A DNA stretch of 63,792 bases, counting the filler, from an uncultured bacterium (GTDB taxonomy: Bacteria > Latescibacterota > UBA2968): the NCBI GenBank assembly GCA_964471275.1. It is 4 parts of 4 records of this genome, joined end to end, with 100 filler letters (N's around TTAATTAATTAA, not from the genome) between each part and the next. Parts side by side here need not be neighbours in the genome. Positions count along the whole stretch, not along the records: positions 1 to 17,366 come from CAYYGZ010000082.1; 3 more parts are not named here. One strand, written 5' to 3'. Below the pieces are notes generated by a model. That model did not search any database and was not told where the DNA came from. It worked only from the letters and a program-made list of their open reading frames with translations. The position numbers and the translations under genes were made by a program. Positions 1-9,710 of the stretch are shown here, in pieces. Positions within the stretch are counted from its first letter, which is position 1. The number at the start of each line of letters is the position of its first letter.

Positions 1-530
1 GCATATGCGGTCGTCGGTCCCACAAACGACCACCCGCGCTTCTTCAAATCCTTGCTCAGCGCTCGTGACGCATCGGATTCCGTCATCTCCATAAGCACCT
101 TGTGTGTCATCCGTTTCGGCCGGCTCTTCGGTTCAGGTTCATATGACCAGAAATACTCGGACAGGGATCCGAATTCATCTCGCAGAATGACGGCTCGCCT
201 GGCGTTGTTGATCGTCGATCGAATCTTCCCTTGATGCCGGACGATCCCTGCGTCCTTCAGCAACCGTTGCACACTTGCCTCGTTGAAGCGCGCCACCTTC
301 TCAAAGTCGAAACCTTTGAAAGCCTTCCGAAAATTCTCCCGTTTCTTCAAGATCGTCAGCCAGCTCAACCCCGATTGAAATCCTTCCAGGCAGATCTTCT
401 CAAACAGACGTACGTCGTCCGTAACCGGCTTGCCCCACTCCTGATCGTGATAATTCCCGTAGATCCCTACGTCTGCTCCCCACCAGCACCGGAGTTTCCC
501 GTCTTCACCCAGCTTCAATCCCTTTGTCAT
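1..530 (-). CDS. tag: DNA-3-methyladenine glycosylase I (3' end runs off the window)
   Basis: Not in the ORF track. Manual translation from the ATG at 530 (GAGGAG RBS): MTKGLKLGEDGKLRCWW...YHDQEWGKPVTDDVRLFEKICLEGFQSGLSWLTILKKRENFRKAF...DAGIVRHQGKI...LKKRGWSFVGPTTAYA, the classic Tag motifs. Confidence 0.95.
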   Translation of the reverse strand, partial: MTKGLKLGEDGKLRCWWGADVGIYGNYHDQEWGKPVTDDVRLFEKICLEGFQSGLSWLTILKKRENFRKAFKGFDFEKVARFNEASVQRLLKDAGIVRHQGKIRSTINNARRAVILRDEFGSLSEYFWSYEPEPKSRPKRMTHKVLMEMTESDASRALSKDLKKRGWSFVGPTTAY

Positions 531-693
531 TTCTAGCTCCTCAACTCAACGATTTCCTGAGGTCTTGCCCTTTGGTGCGCTTAAGGTCATCTGTGCTCGA
601 TGTTTTATTCCCCCACGGTGGCTTGTTCCCGACTGCCCCACCCGTGTGTATATTCTACGGAACTCAGAATCTATCATCGACTGGGGTTTTGCC

Positions 694-1368
694 ATGCGAC
701 ACATCTTCATCGGCGACATACACGGTTGTGCCCGGGAGTTGGACTCGCTGATCAGTAAGATCGGTTACAGGAAGGGAACGGATCAACTCTACCTGACCGG
801 CGACGCCTTCACAAAGGGACCAGACCCGCTCAACGTCTGGAAAACCATCGGAAACACCGGTGCTCAGATGGTAATGGGCAACCACGATGCCAAACTCCTG
901 GAACGGATGCAGGCAAGGCTGCAGGGAGCGGATGAATCAGATCTGAAACCGGAACACACCCACACACTCGATCAGCTGAACCCGGTCGCTGACGGGATCA
1001 GCCTCTGGCTAGAATTTCTGCCGCTCACCATACGCGAGACAGTTTTCACGCTCGTTCACGCGGGCGTAAACCCGGAACGGGGCTTCGACCGCACAAGACG
1101 TGAAGAGTTTCTGGCAATCCGAACCTGGCCCCCGGTCGGCGGGATCGAAGGTCCTCGCTGGCACGACCACTACACGTCATCTGACGCGCGCACGTTGATC
1201 TTCGGTCACGATGCGCCCGGGGGTCTGGTCATCAAGCGCCACGATCCCGACGACCTTCCATATCTCGTGGGTCTGGACACCGGGTGCGTATACGGCGGCA
1301 AGCTGACGGGCTACTCGCTCGAAGACGGCGAAATCTATGAGGTCGACGCAAAGAGCAAATACGCCTGA
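694..1368 (+). CDS. Calcineurin-like metallophosphoesterase (ApaH/PPP-like)
   Basis: GDIHG, GD, GNHD, HAG, FGH and LDTGCVYGG motifs. Start placed at MRHIFIGD. Confidence 0.88.
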   Translation: MRHIFIGDIHGCARELDSLISKIGYRKGTDQLYLTGDAFTKGPDPLNVWKTIGNTGAQMVMGNHDAKLLERMQARLQGADESDLKPEHTHTLDQLNPVADGISLWLEFLPLTIRETVFTLVHAGVNPERGFDRTRREEFLAIRTWPPVGGIEGPRWHDHYTSSDARTLIFGHDAPGGLVIKRHDPDDLPYLVGLDTGCVYGGKLTGYSLEDGEIYEVDAKSKYA

Positions 1369-1377
1369 TTCATCGGC

Positions 1378-1406
1378 TTGCGATCCCCCGAACCATTCAA
1401 TATACT
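1378..1406 (+). promoter_or_regulatory. Putative sigma70 promoter for the symporter operon
   Basis: TTGCGA-17 bp-TATACT. Confidence 0.55.
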
Positions 1407-1564
1407 CGCACAGCTCCCGCGACAGTTAGCCCGGTGTTCCTACGCTCGAGCGGAGGCTCAATGCTATTCAACGGTTCAGATAGCGTCAGAAAATTCCCAG
1501 GGAAGACGAGCGTGCCGTTGCCTCTGACTCACAATCTTCGATCCTCTCTCACCCATCCTCGATC

Positions 1565-1792
1565 ATGACAAACCGTCGCCTTCGAAACGCAGTCATCATC
1601 ACATTCGTTCTGGCTATGTTCATGGGACCTGGCCCTGGCCTCCGTCTCGTAAATCCAGATGCTTCGGACCCGGGTGCGACGTTCACATTCGCCGGGATCC
1701 CGATTGTCTACGCGTGGGGCCTCTTCTGGTATTTCGTACAGCTCATCGCCATCATCGTCGCCTACAGGAAACTCTGGATAGAAGAGGAGTAG
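1565..1792 (+). CDS. Small two-TM membrane protein, probable accessory subunit of the sodium:solute symporter
   Basis: 75 aa, two hydrophobic segments, GIP-x-x-Y-x-W pattern, directly upstream of an SSS gene. Confidence 0.75.
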   Translation: MTNRRLRNAVIITFVLAMFMGPGPGLRLVNPDASDPGATFTFAGIPIVYAWGLFWYFVQLIAIIVAYRKLWIEEE

Positions 1793-1919
1793 CAGACGTC
1801 GAACGACACTGCTCCGGTTGGATCAAACAAAATTCTCACACCTGCGATGCCATACACGAGTGCGTGGATAACCCAACCTTCAATCTCAACATCTTCTTTC
1901 TCAACATCACCCACTCTCT

Positions 1920-3485
1920 ATGCACCTGATCGTACTCACGCTCTACCTCATCATGCTCCTCGTCTTCGGCCTAGTCGGTTACCGCCGCAGCCAGGACACC
2001 GAGGACGACTACTACCTGGCCGGTCGAGGCCAGGGCTGGATCGTCTCGTCGTTGACGATTATGGCGACCTTCTTCAGTTCCTTCGCGCTGCTCGGTGCAC
2101 CGGGAATGGTCTACCGTGACGGCGCCGTCTTCGCGCTCTTCAGCCTGAACGTACCGGTCGCGGGCGCAGGCATCTACATCATCGGTTCACGCATCCGAAA
2201 GCTTGGCAAGACGCGTGGCTATGTCACACCAACCGATATGATCGCCGACCACTACGACAGTCCGGTCGCGCTCCGTCTGCTTGTCGTCCTGATCGGCGTC
2301 CTCTATGCCGTCCCTTACGTCGTCATCCAGATCCAGGCGGGCGGCATTCTTTCACGACAGATGTTCGGTTCTGAGCAAGCCTTCGAGACCGGCGCGATCA
2401 TCCTCGCCGTCATCACCATGGTCTACATCATGGGCGGCGGTATGCGCAGCGTTGCGTGGACGGATGTCGTGCAGGGCATCCTCCTCGTGGGCGGCATGCT
2501 GCTCGGCGGGATCTGCGTTGTCGCCGTCCTGGGCGGACCGGTCGAATTTTTCCGACGTGTCGCCGAGCTTCCTCCCAAATCACTGACCGTTCCGGGAACC
2601 GTCGGACATTGGTCACCGGAAATGCTCTTTACCGCTTCCATTTTCGCTTCGCTCGGGTCACTGATTCAGCCCGCTCAGTGGATGCGCTTCTACGCCGCAA
2701 AATCCGGCGACGTACTCCGCAAGAGCGCCCTCATTTTCGCCGCCGTCCTGACCTCCTGCTTCTTCTTCGGTGTTATGCTCGTCGGGCTCGGCGGCCAGGT
2801 CCTCTACCCGATCGTCGACGCAGCCGGGGCATACCGAACGAACGCGGCAGGCCAGATCCTGCCGCACCCGGATGTTGGTACAGCCGCCAACCAGTTCGAC
2901 CAGATCCTCGTCGTTGTGCTCAACAACCACCTGCCGGAGCTTCTCGGCCCGCTCGGCGCATTCCTTGCCGCGCTCATCCTGGTTGCCATCATGGCAGCTG
3001 CAATGAGCACCGCAGACAGCAACCTGCACGCGATGAGCGCCCTCCTCACACACGACATCTACGATCACTTCATACGACCGGAGGCCTCTCAGCGCGAACG
3101 CACCTGGGTCGGCCGTATCCTGATAGCCATCACCGCCATCGTCGCGTTGATCCTGGTTCTGATCGCCAACCGTAGCGAAAGCAATCCGCTCGGGATGATC
3201 GTCATCCTCGGCCTTATGGCGATCGCCTTCTCCACCCAGCTGCTTCCTGTGGCCATTGACATCCTCTTCCTTCGCCGGGGATCGCGTCAGGGCGCCATCG
3301 CAGGAGTAATCGCTGGCCTCGCTGTCGTCTTCCTCCTCAGCCCATTTTTTCCGATGCTGGCAGACGGATTCCTCGGCGGTACGATCGCCGCTATGAAAAA
3401 GACCATCGATGTCGGCGCGTGGGGACTTCTTCTTAACGTCGGTATATTCGCAATCGTTTCAAGATTCTCCCGCAGGTCCCCGTGA
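1920..3485 (+). CDS. Sodium:solute symporter (PutP/PanF-like)
   Basis: DYYLAGR, GGMRSVAWTDVVQG and AAAMSTADS motifs; about 13 TM segments. Confidence 0.93.
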   Translation: MHLIVLTLYLIMLLVFGLVGYRRSQDTEDDYYLAGRGQGWIVSSLTIMATFFSSFALLGAPGMVYRDGAVFALFSLNVPVAGAGIYIIGSRIRKLGKTRGYVTPTDMIADHYDSPVALRLLVVLIGVLYAVPYVVIQIQAGGILSRQMFGSEQAFETGAIILAVITMVYIMGGGMRSVAWTDVVQGILLVGGMLLGGICVVAVLGGPVEFFRRVAELPPKSLTVPGTVGHWSPEMLFTASIFASLGSLIQPAQWMRFYAAKSGDVLRKSALIFAAVLTSCFFFGVMLVGLGGQVLYPIVDAAGAYRTNAAGQILPHPDVGTAANQFDQILVVVLNNHLPELLGPLGAFLAALILVAIMAAAMSTADSNLHAMSALLTHDIYDHFIRPEASQRERTWVGRILIAITAIVALILVLIANRSESNPLGMIVILGLMAIAFSTQLLPVAIDILFLRRGSRQGAIAGVIAGLAVVFLLSPFFPMLADGFLGGTIAAMKKTIDVGAWGLLLNVGIFAIVSRFSRRSP

Positions 3486-3686
3486 GCTTCTCTTCTCAAC
3501 ATCCCCTGCGGTAGTGGTCTTGACCCCTCGATGCTGATCCGAATAAGGCAGAAGCAAACCGATGAACGATCTCGAAGCTGATCGTCCACGTTTGGCTTTT
3601 TCCATCGGGGTCTATCCCTTATCATTTCCAGTAACGTTTCCGCGAGCCCTCGCTGACGGCGCGCACACGGAAAGGACAGATAGACC

Positions 3687-4628
3687 TTGGATATCATACG
3701 CTACCCTGACGATCGCATAGAGATTCTGGACGACCGGTTTGCCAGATACAAGCTGGGCACCGCCGCACTGGAGTTGCTGTGGACGGGTGGCCGCTGGTTG
3801 GAGGGACCTGTCTGGTTTGGCGATGGACGTTACCTGCTCTTCAGCGACATCCCCAACAACCGCATCCTGAAATGGGAAGAAGAAACGGGTGAGGTTGGCG
3901 TCTGGCGAAAGCCGTCCAACAACACGAATGGAAACACGCGTGACCTGCAGGGACGGCTCATCTCCTGCGAGCACGATACAAGACGCGTTACGCGCACGGA
4001 ACACGACGGATCCATCACCGTTCTGATGGACGGGTTCGACGGGAAGTCTCTCAACGCACCGAATGACGTCGTCGTCAAATCAGACGGCAGCATCTGGTTT
4101 ACGGACCCCGGCTACGGAATCCTCATGAGCTACGAGGGTCACCAGGCAGAATTCGAACTCGACACCAATGTCTACCGTCTCGATCCGGCGACGGGTGATG
4201 CCACCATCGTGAGCAACAGCTTCGCTCGACCCAACGGCCTCTGCTTCAGCCCGGACGAATCCCTTCTCTACATCGTCGACACGGGCCGATCGCACGACCC
4301 GATCGCACCCGCCGACATCCAGGTCTTCGACGTTGCGGGTGACCGCTTGAAGAATGGTCGCCTTTTTGTAGACATGTCCCCTGGCTCTTCGGACGGCATT
4401 CGTGCAGATATCAATGGCAACATCTGGTCTGGTACCGGCTGGGCCGGTGACGGTTACGACGGCGTCCACTGCTTCGCACCCGACGGCACCCTCATCGGCA
4501 AGATCCATCTCCCCGCGCCCTGCGCGAACATCTGCTTCGGCGGAGCAAAAAAAAACCGTCTCTTCATGACCACAAGCCAGTCCCTCTTCTCCCTTTACGT
4601 TGAGACCACCGGAGCCCAAACGCCCTAA
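3687..4628 (+). CDS. SMP-30/gluconolactonase family protein
   Basis: WLEGPVWF, FSDIPNNRI, LNAPNDVV, PNGLCFSPD and DGIRAD motifs; TTG start with AGGA RBS. Confidence 0.93.
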   Translation: MDIIRYPDDRIEILDDRFARYKLGTAALELLWTGGRWLEGPVWFGDGRYLLFSDIPNNRILKWEEETGEVGVWRKPSNNTNGNTRDLQGRLISCEHDTRRVTRTEHDGSITVLMDGFDGKSLNAPNDVVVKSDGSIWFTDPGYGILMSYEGHQAEFELDTNVYRLDPATGDATIVSNSFARPNGLCFSPDESLLYIVDTGRSHDPIAPADIQVFDVAGDRLKNGRLFVDMSPGSSDGIRADINGNIWSGTGWAGDGYDGVHCFAPDGTLIGKIHLPAPCANICFGGAKKNRLFMTTSQSLFSLYVETTGAQTP

Positions 4629-4708
4629 GCAATCCGGGGCCCGTACAGGCCTTCGAAGCCTGCTGAGTGAAGGAGGTTGGTGGCTAACCATCTCTGGGAG
4701 AAGAACAC

Positions 4709-5518
4709 TTGCGAATAGACCTCCACACACACACCACCGCTTCGGACGGAACGCTCACCAACTCAGAACTGGTGGCGGTCCTCAGAGCACACGATATCGA
4801 GTGCTTCTCGGTCACCGATCACGACACGATCGAAAACAGTATCCAGATGCCGGCGATTGCTGCTCAAGACGGTCTTCGCTTTGTGATCGGCGTCGAGATA
4901 TCTGCGACATATGAAGACTGCGAATACCACATCCTCTCCTACGGTTTCGATCCCGATGCCGCAGACCTGATCCGGCTGTTGGCTCGACATCAGAATACCC
5001 GAATCGACGGAGACACACAGAACACGGCTTATCTGGCTGAACGTCATTCCGGGATCGATACCGTTGAGTATGCGAAATACGACTACGATCATTCTCGCGG
5101 CGGATGGAAATCCTACAACTACCTTATAGACAAAGGTATCATCACGGACATCCCGGGATACTTCGCCCTTTTCGAAGATCACCCGCGTCATTTCGTCTTC
5201 ACACATCCCGAAGAAGTGATCGGCACGGTCAAAGCCGCTGGGGGCATCTGCATTCTGGCCCATCCCAGCGCCTACGTAGACGGCGATCTGCTTCCGGAAT
5301 CCACGATGGAGCAATTCATCGAATTCGGTATATCCGGTTTCGAATGCTACACACCCTACCGTCGCGATGCTGAAGGTCAGGCCTACTACGTCGACTTCTG
5401 TAAACGTCACGGTGTCCGCGTCTCCGCCGGATCCGATTTTCACGGCGCCTTCACGCCTGACCGCAAACTCGCCGATCCGCCCATCACCACCGATATGCTC
5501 AACATGGATGATCTCTAG
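4709..5518 (+). CDS. PHP-domain phosphoesterase (YciV/TrpH-like)
   Basis: DLHTHTTASDG, TDHD, GVEIS, LAHP and GSDFHG motifs. Confidence 0.92.
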   Translation: MRIDLHTHTTASDGTLTNSELVAVLRAHDIECFSVTDHDTIENSIQMPAIAAQDGLRFVIGVEISATYEDCEYHILSYGFDPDAADLIRLLARHQNTRIDGDTQNTAYLAERHSGIDTVEYAKYDYDHSRGGWKSYNYLIDKGIITDIPGYFALFEDHPRHFVFTHPEEVIGTVKAAGGICILAHPSAYVDGDLLPESTMEQFIEFGISGFECYTPYRRDAEGQAYYVDFCKRHGVRVSAGSDFHGAFTPDRKLADPPITTDMLNMDDL

Positions 5519-5519
5519 A

Positions 5520-6707
5520 ATGAAGTTACGAATGCAACCTTCACCCCCGTCCCCCCGCACCCCTGCGCCCCTGCTGCTCTACCTGCTCGCATGCTCGCCT
5601 ATTCTCCTGCTCGTGTTCCTCGGCACTTCCCACGGCGAACTCTCTGTCACCACGGGTCAAATCGCTCCCCTGAAGGTCACCGCTCACACGGGAATGAAGC
5701 CGCAGTCGAAACTGTGGAAGCACAACGACTCCTGGTGGGGCTGCTTCTCCGACAGCACTGGAACCCATATCTGGCAGATGGGAGAGACAAGCTGGACCCG
5801 TCACACCACGATATCTCCGGAGACCGGCGTTCGAGCGGATGTGCTCCCCGAAGGCCCCCTCGTCACCATCCTCCTGTTCCACACCGAACAGTCGACCTTA
5901 CTTCGGTATCTGCATATGCAGGAATCCGGCAGATACAGCGCAGAGATCGAGCCATCGATTTCGGTCACGCTCGATGAGGGCGTTGAGACAGCGACGATCG
6001 CACGAGATGGTGACGGCCTCCTCTGGCTGGCGTCCGACGGCGAACAGGAAGTCAACGTCCGATGGCTGTCCGATGCCGGAAAGGAGTTCTCCGAGCCGAT
6101 CAGGCTATCGGAAGGGATAACGAAGGACGACATCTGCGCGATCACCACGCTGGCCGACGGTTCCGTCGGCGTCCTCTGGTCCAACCAGAACACACAGCGT
6201 TATGGATTCCGCCGTCACGTTCCTGCCTCTGAGCCACACAGTTGGTTTCCGGACGAGACACCCGCCGACCGATCCGCGATCGACCACGGTGACGGCATGT
6301 CCGACGATCACCTCAACTTCGCTATCAGCTCCGACGGAACGCTCTTTGCGACAGTAAAGACCAGCTACGACACGGAAGGGATGCCTCTCGTCGCAACGCT
6401 CATCCGACATCCCCACGGCAGGTGGGATCCACTCTACCACGTAGACGACGAGGGCTCTCGCGGTATCATGCTGCTGGACGAATCGAAGAACGAGTTTCTC
6501 GTTGTCTACACGTCCTACCGCGACAGTTCCATCGTCCTCAAACACTCGCACACCGACGAGGTCGCCTTCAGCAACCGGGTAGCGCTTCTCGAGCACCCTC
6601 GGATCAATAACATCAGCGCAACGCGCCAAACGGTTTCAGGCTCCTTCCCCATCGTCGCCAGCCAGGGCGACACCCTGATGCACACTGTCATCCTGGAACT
6701 CAGGTAA
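5520..6707 (+). CDS. Secreted hypothetical protein, probably a beta-propeller
   Basis: N-terminal hydrophobic signal; KPQSKLW...WW and DDHLN motifs; repeated beta-rich units. Start uncertain. Confidence 0.7.
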   Translation: MKLRMQPSPPSPRTPAPLLLYLLACSPILLLVFLGTSHGELSVTTGQIAPLKVTAHTGMKPQSKLWKHNDSWWGCFSDSTGTHIWQMGETSWTRHTTISPETGVRADVLPEGPLVTILLFHTEQSTLLRYLHMQESGRYSAEIEPSISVTLDEGVETATIARDGDGLLWLASDGEQEVNVRWLSDAGKEFSEPIRLSEGITKDDICAITTLADGSVGVLWSNQNTQRYGFRRHVPASEPHSWFPDETPADRSAIDHGDGMSDDHLNFAISSDGTLFATVKTSYDTEGMPLVATLIRHPHGRWDPLYHVDDEGSRGIMLLDESKNEFLVVYTSYRDSSIVLKHSHTDEVAFSNRVALLEHPRINNISATRQTVSGSFPIVASQGDTLMHTVILELR

Positions 6708-6726
6708 AGCAGCGGATACTTGAGCG

Positions 6727-7998
6727 ATGATTCACATACGCGATCTCACAAACCGCCTCTTTCTCTGGCATCTGTCCCCTCGCCCAAGGGCCGATCGGAT
6801 AACCGTACAGGGGTTCATCCCCAAGGGCGAACCACGCCAGAATCACATAGGTCAGGCGATCTGGTTTTTATCCAGCGGCTACAGCTTCGTTGAGAGGGTG
6901 CAAGGACAGGAGAATCTTGACGACTACGATGGCTTTTTGATCGCAGTGCCTGTCGACTCGCTCGATGATACATTCAACGGGCAGGTCACCGAGGAATTCA
7001 CCGCCTTTCAGCCAATCCCACCCGAAACGATTCTTTGCCGTTTCCCTGCTGGCCAGGCGACTGATCGCCACCGCCTTCTCTCCATGCTTCAGACGTCGCT
7101 GTGCGAAGACATCATCGACCAGCTGGTCCTCCTCTGCACGAGGGAGGACATCCCCTGGTCCCAGAGAACATCAGCCGCTGCGACGCTCGCCTACCTTGAC
7201 CGTAACCGGTACGATACAGAGGGGATCACAGCGCTTGCGATGGCTGACAGCCTCCCCTCGAGATCGTTGGCCGAATGTGTCGAACTTTCCCGCTCCCTGG
7301 CGATGATCGATTTTCGCTTCTACGACTACTTCCTCAGACAATATTATTACACCTATGGTGAGCGCCACATTGCGCGCGCCTTCCTGACGGCCGCTGCTCG
7401 TCGTATCGGAGACCAGGTTGTCACGCTCTGCTGTGACCAGAACGCGGATTCTGGTCACAACCACGTCGCACGCTTCATCGCCGATCTCCTCCCCGCGATA
7501 CCGGAGAGAGACCTCGTCTTCGCACTGATGGAGCTTGCCGTTATGCGACCCAGGCGGCTTTCTCCCGAAACGATCGAGCGGCTGGAATCCTGGCTATACA
7601 ATCATCCGATTGCCGTGTCGCTTGCTCCGTGGTTCATCGAACACGCTCGGGACACCTTTCACGCCCGACTCATCGAGCAAGCGGTTGACCTCGCTGCCAG
7701 AATACTGTCTCAGAGCGAGTCCGCCTATTCAGAGATCTCAAATATCGAGAAATCCCCGTTCCCGGATTCTCGCCTCGGAGCCGTCCGGGCCTACGGTGTC
7801 TTGCGAGAAGTGCGTGCGCTTCCCTTCCTGGAATCCTGCCTCGACACCGACTGGAAAGCCATGCGCGAAGAAGCCGTTCGCTCACTGAGCACGCTAGACT
7901 CAGCCAGAGCCCGAACCCTCGTCGAAGCCGCAACCAACGACCGTGCCGGACGCATCAGACGCACCGCAATCGACCTGATAAAGAACCTCGACCGGTAG
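6727..7998 (+). CDS. Hypothetical protein: N-terminal ADP-ribosyltransferase-like domain plus C-terminal HEAT repeats
   Basis: LWHLS...RI...GF.P...AIWFLS...EEF...PIPPETI at the N-terminus. RLGAVRAYG..RALPFLESCLD...MREEAVRSL HEAT repeats at the C-terminus. Confidence 0.65.
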   Translation: MIHIRDLTNRLFLWHLSPRPRADRITVQGFIPKGEPRQNHIGQAIWFLSSGYSFVERVQGQENLDDYDGFLIAVPVDSLDDTFNGQVTEEFTAFQPIPPETILCRFPAGQATDRHRLLSMLQTSLCEDIIDQLVLLCTREDIPWSQRTSAAATLAYLDRNRYDTEGITALAMADSLPSRSLAECVELSRSLAMIDFRFYDYFLRQYYYTYGERHIARAFLTAAARRIGDQVVTLCCDQNADSGHNHVARFIADLLPAIPERDLVFALMELAVMRPRRLSPETIERLESWLYNHPIAVSLAPWFIEHARDTFHARLIEQAVDLAARILSQSESAYSEISNIEKSPFPDSRLGAVRAYGVLREVRALPFLESCLDTDWKAMREEAVRSLSTLDSARARTLVEAATNDRAGRIRRTAIDLIKNLDR

Positions 7999-8142
7999 CC
8001 GCCCTCACTAACCACTACCAGCTGAGCACCAAGCACTGTCCCTGTCATTGCCTTCCCCACTGCCTTTCACTTGCTCCCAGCCCCCCTCGCCACACATATT
8101 AGTAACTGACCTGTCCGATTTCACACCGCAAGGATCGACTGT

Positions 8143-9360
8143 ATGGGCAAATCAATCCTCCTGATTGGGGCCTTTGACACCAAGGGAGAGGAATACGCCT
8201 ATGTGAAAAACATCATCTCCGCACGTGGCCATCGGGTCGTCGCATTGCACATAGGCGTGTTTGACGCAGATCCGCAGATGCACGTCGACATTTCGAACAG
8301 CCACGTCGCTCAGGCGGGCGGAACACCGATCAGTCAGCTTCAGGATCGCAAGGATCGCGGCGAAGCGATGAAGGTCATGAGCGATGGGGCCGCGATCGTC
8401 GTCCGCAGGCTCTACGACGACGGTCGATTTGATGGCATCCTAGGAATGGGGGGTACGGGCGGAACATCGGTCATCACATCGGGAATGCAGTCACTCCCGA
8501 TTGGTGTTCCGAAGGTGATGGTGTCCACAGCTGCCTCAGGTGACACGAGCGCATACGTCGGCACGCGAGACATCGCCATGTTTCCATCCGTCGTCGACGT
8601 TGCCGGTGTCAACCGGATCAGCCGACCGATCTTCACACGTGCCGCTGGTGCGATCTGCGGAATGGTCGAAAGCGAACCTGAAGCCACTTCGGAGGAGAAG
8701 CCGATCATCGCGGCTTCGATGTTCGGGAACACAACCGATTGCGTTGACCGCTGTCGTGAAGCGCTCACAGGAAAGGGCTATGAAGTCCTCGTCTTCCACG
8801 CCACGGGTACCGGAGGCAAGACGATGGAGGGCCTCATCGACGACGGCCTGGTCGAAGCCGTTCTCGACATCACGACGACAGAATGGGCAGACGAGATCTG
8901 TGATGGGGTCTTCTCCGCCGGACCCACTCGTCTCGATGCCCCCGGAAAGGCGGGCATCCCCCACCTGATCGTCCCTGGCTGCATCGACATGGCCAATTAT
9001 GGTGCACGCGATACCGTACCAGAACGCTACAAAGATCGGATGCTCTACGAGTGGAACCCATCCGTCACCCTGATGCGGACCAATGCTGACGAGAACCGTC
9101 GCATGGGAGAGATCTTCGCAGAAAAAGCCAATGCGTCATCGAGCCCGATCGCTATTCTGATCCCCCTCAAGGGCGTCTCGATCCTCGATGGTGATGGCGA
9201 AATGTTCTGTGACCGCGGAGCGGACCAAGCCATGTTCGACGCGCTCAAGTCTAACCTTCGTGATGACATCCCCGTCGTCGAAATCGACTGCAACATCAAC
9301 GACGAAGCCTTCTCCGCCAAAGCCGTAGAAATGATGCTCGCCCTGATTGCTGAAGGATAG
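8143..9360 (+). CDS. UPF0261 / Tm-1-like ATP-binding domain protein
   Basis: FDTKGEE, GGTGGT, LPIGVPKVMVST, VDVAGVN, SMFGNTT, VFHATGTGG and DITTTE motifs. Confidence 0.93.
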   Translation: MGKSILLIGAFDTKGEEYAYVKNIISARGHRVVALHIGVFDADPQMHVDISNSHVAQAGGTPISQLQDRKDRGEAMKVMSDGAAIVVRRLYDDGRFDGILGMGGTGGTSVITSGMQSLPIGVPKVMVSTAASGDTSAYVGTRDIAMFPSVVDVAGVNRISRPIFTRAAGAICGMVESEPEATSEEKPIIAASMFGNTTDCVDRCREALTGKGYEVLVFHATGTGGKTMEGLIDDGLVEAVLDITTTEWADEICDGVFSAGPTRLDAPGKAGIPHLIVPGCIDMANYGARDTVPERYKDRMLYEWNPSVTLMRTNADENRRMGEIFAEKANASSSPIAILIPLKGVSILDGDGEMFCDRGADQAMFDALKSNLRDDIPVVEIDCNINDEAFSAKAVEMMLALIAEG

Positions 9361-9396
9361 ACAACCAACATCCGGGAATTGGCTGAGATCAGCCGA

Positions 9397-9710
9397 TTGG
9401 CACAGGCAGATCGGACCCCCACCGCGTCCTCGGCGTCCGGAGCCCGTCGAGGGGTAGTTTCAAGCCCTTCAATCTGCCTCTGCAAAAACACCACGTCCTT
9501 CACCCTATATGAAATCCTGACCTGGCCCCTCAATTCTGGGCATCCACGCAGACCAGGTTGTTGGCACAGACACACCATCCACCCCTCCGTGTTCCGGGCC
9601 CGCCGAGGGGTGGTTCCCAACCCTTGACTCTAGCTCTGGAGAAAGCACCATGGCCTTCACCCGACAAGAAATCCTGACCCGCCTCCGCAAACATATCGAC
9701 AATGGCATCC
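9397..9710 (+). repeat. Degenerate tandem duplication (about 150 bp) covering the leader and first codons of the TIM-barrel gene
   Basis: Copy 1 (~9397-9545): ttggcacag...gcccgtcgaggggtagtt...caccACGtccttcaccctatatgaaatcctgacc. Copy 2 (~9561-9710): ttggcacag...gcccgccgaggggtggtt...caccATGgccttcacccgacaagaaatcctgacc. Confidence 0.85.

Noticed and set aside
231..536. 101-aa plus-strand ORF
   Set aside because: Antisense shadow of tag.
1413..1530. 6S RNA or SRP RNA
   Set aside because: Too short for 6S and not in its usual context; lacks the SRP GGAA-loop domain IV motif.
9361..9710. Possible CRISPR array
   Set aside because: Only two long degenerate copies, no repeat-spacer periodicity and no cas genes.
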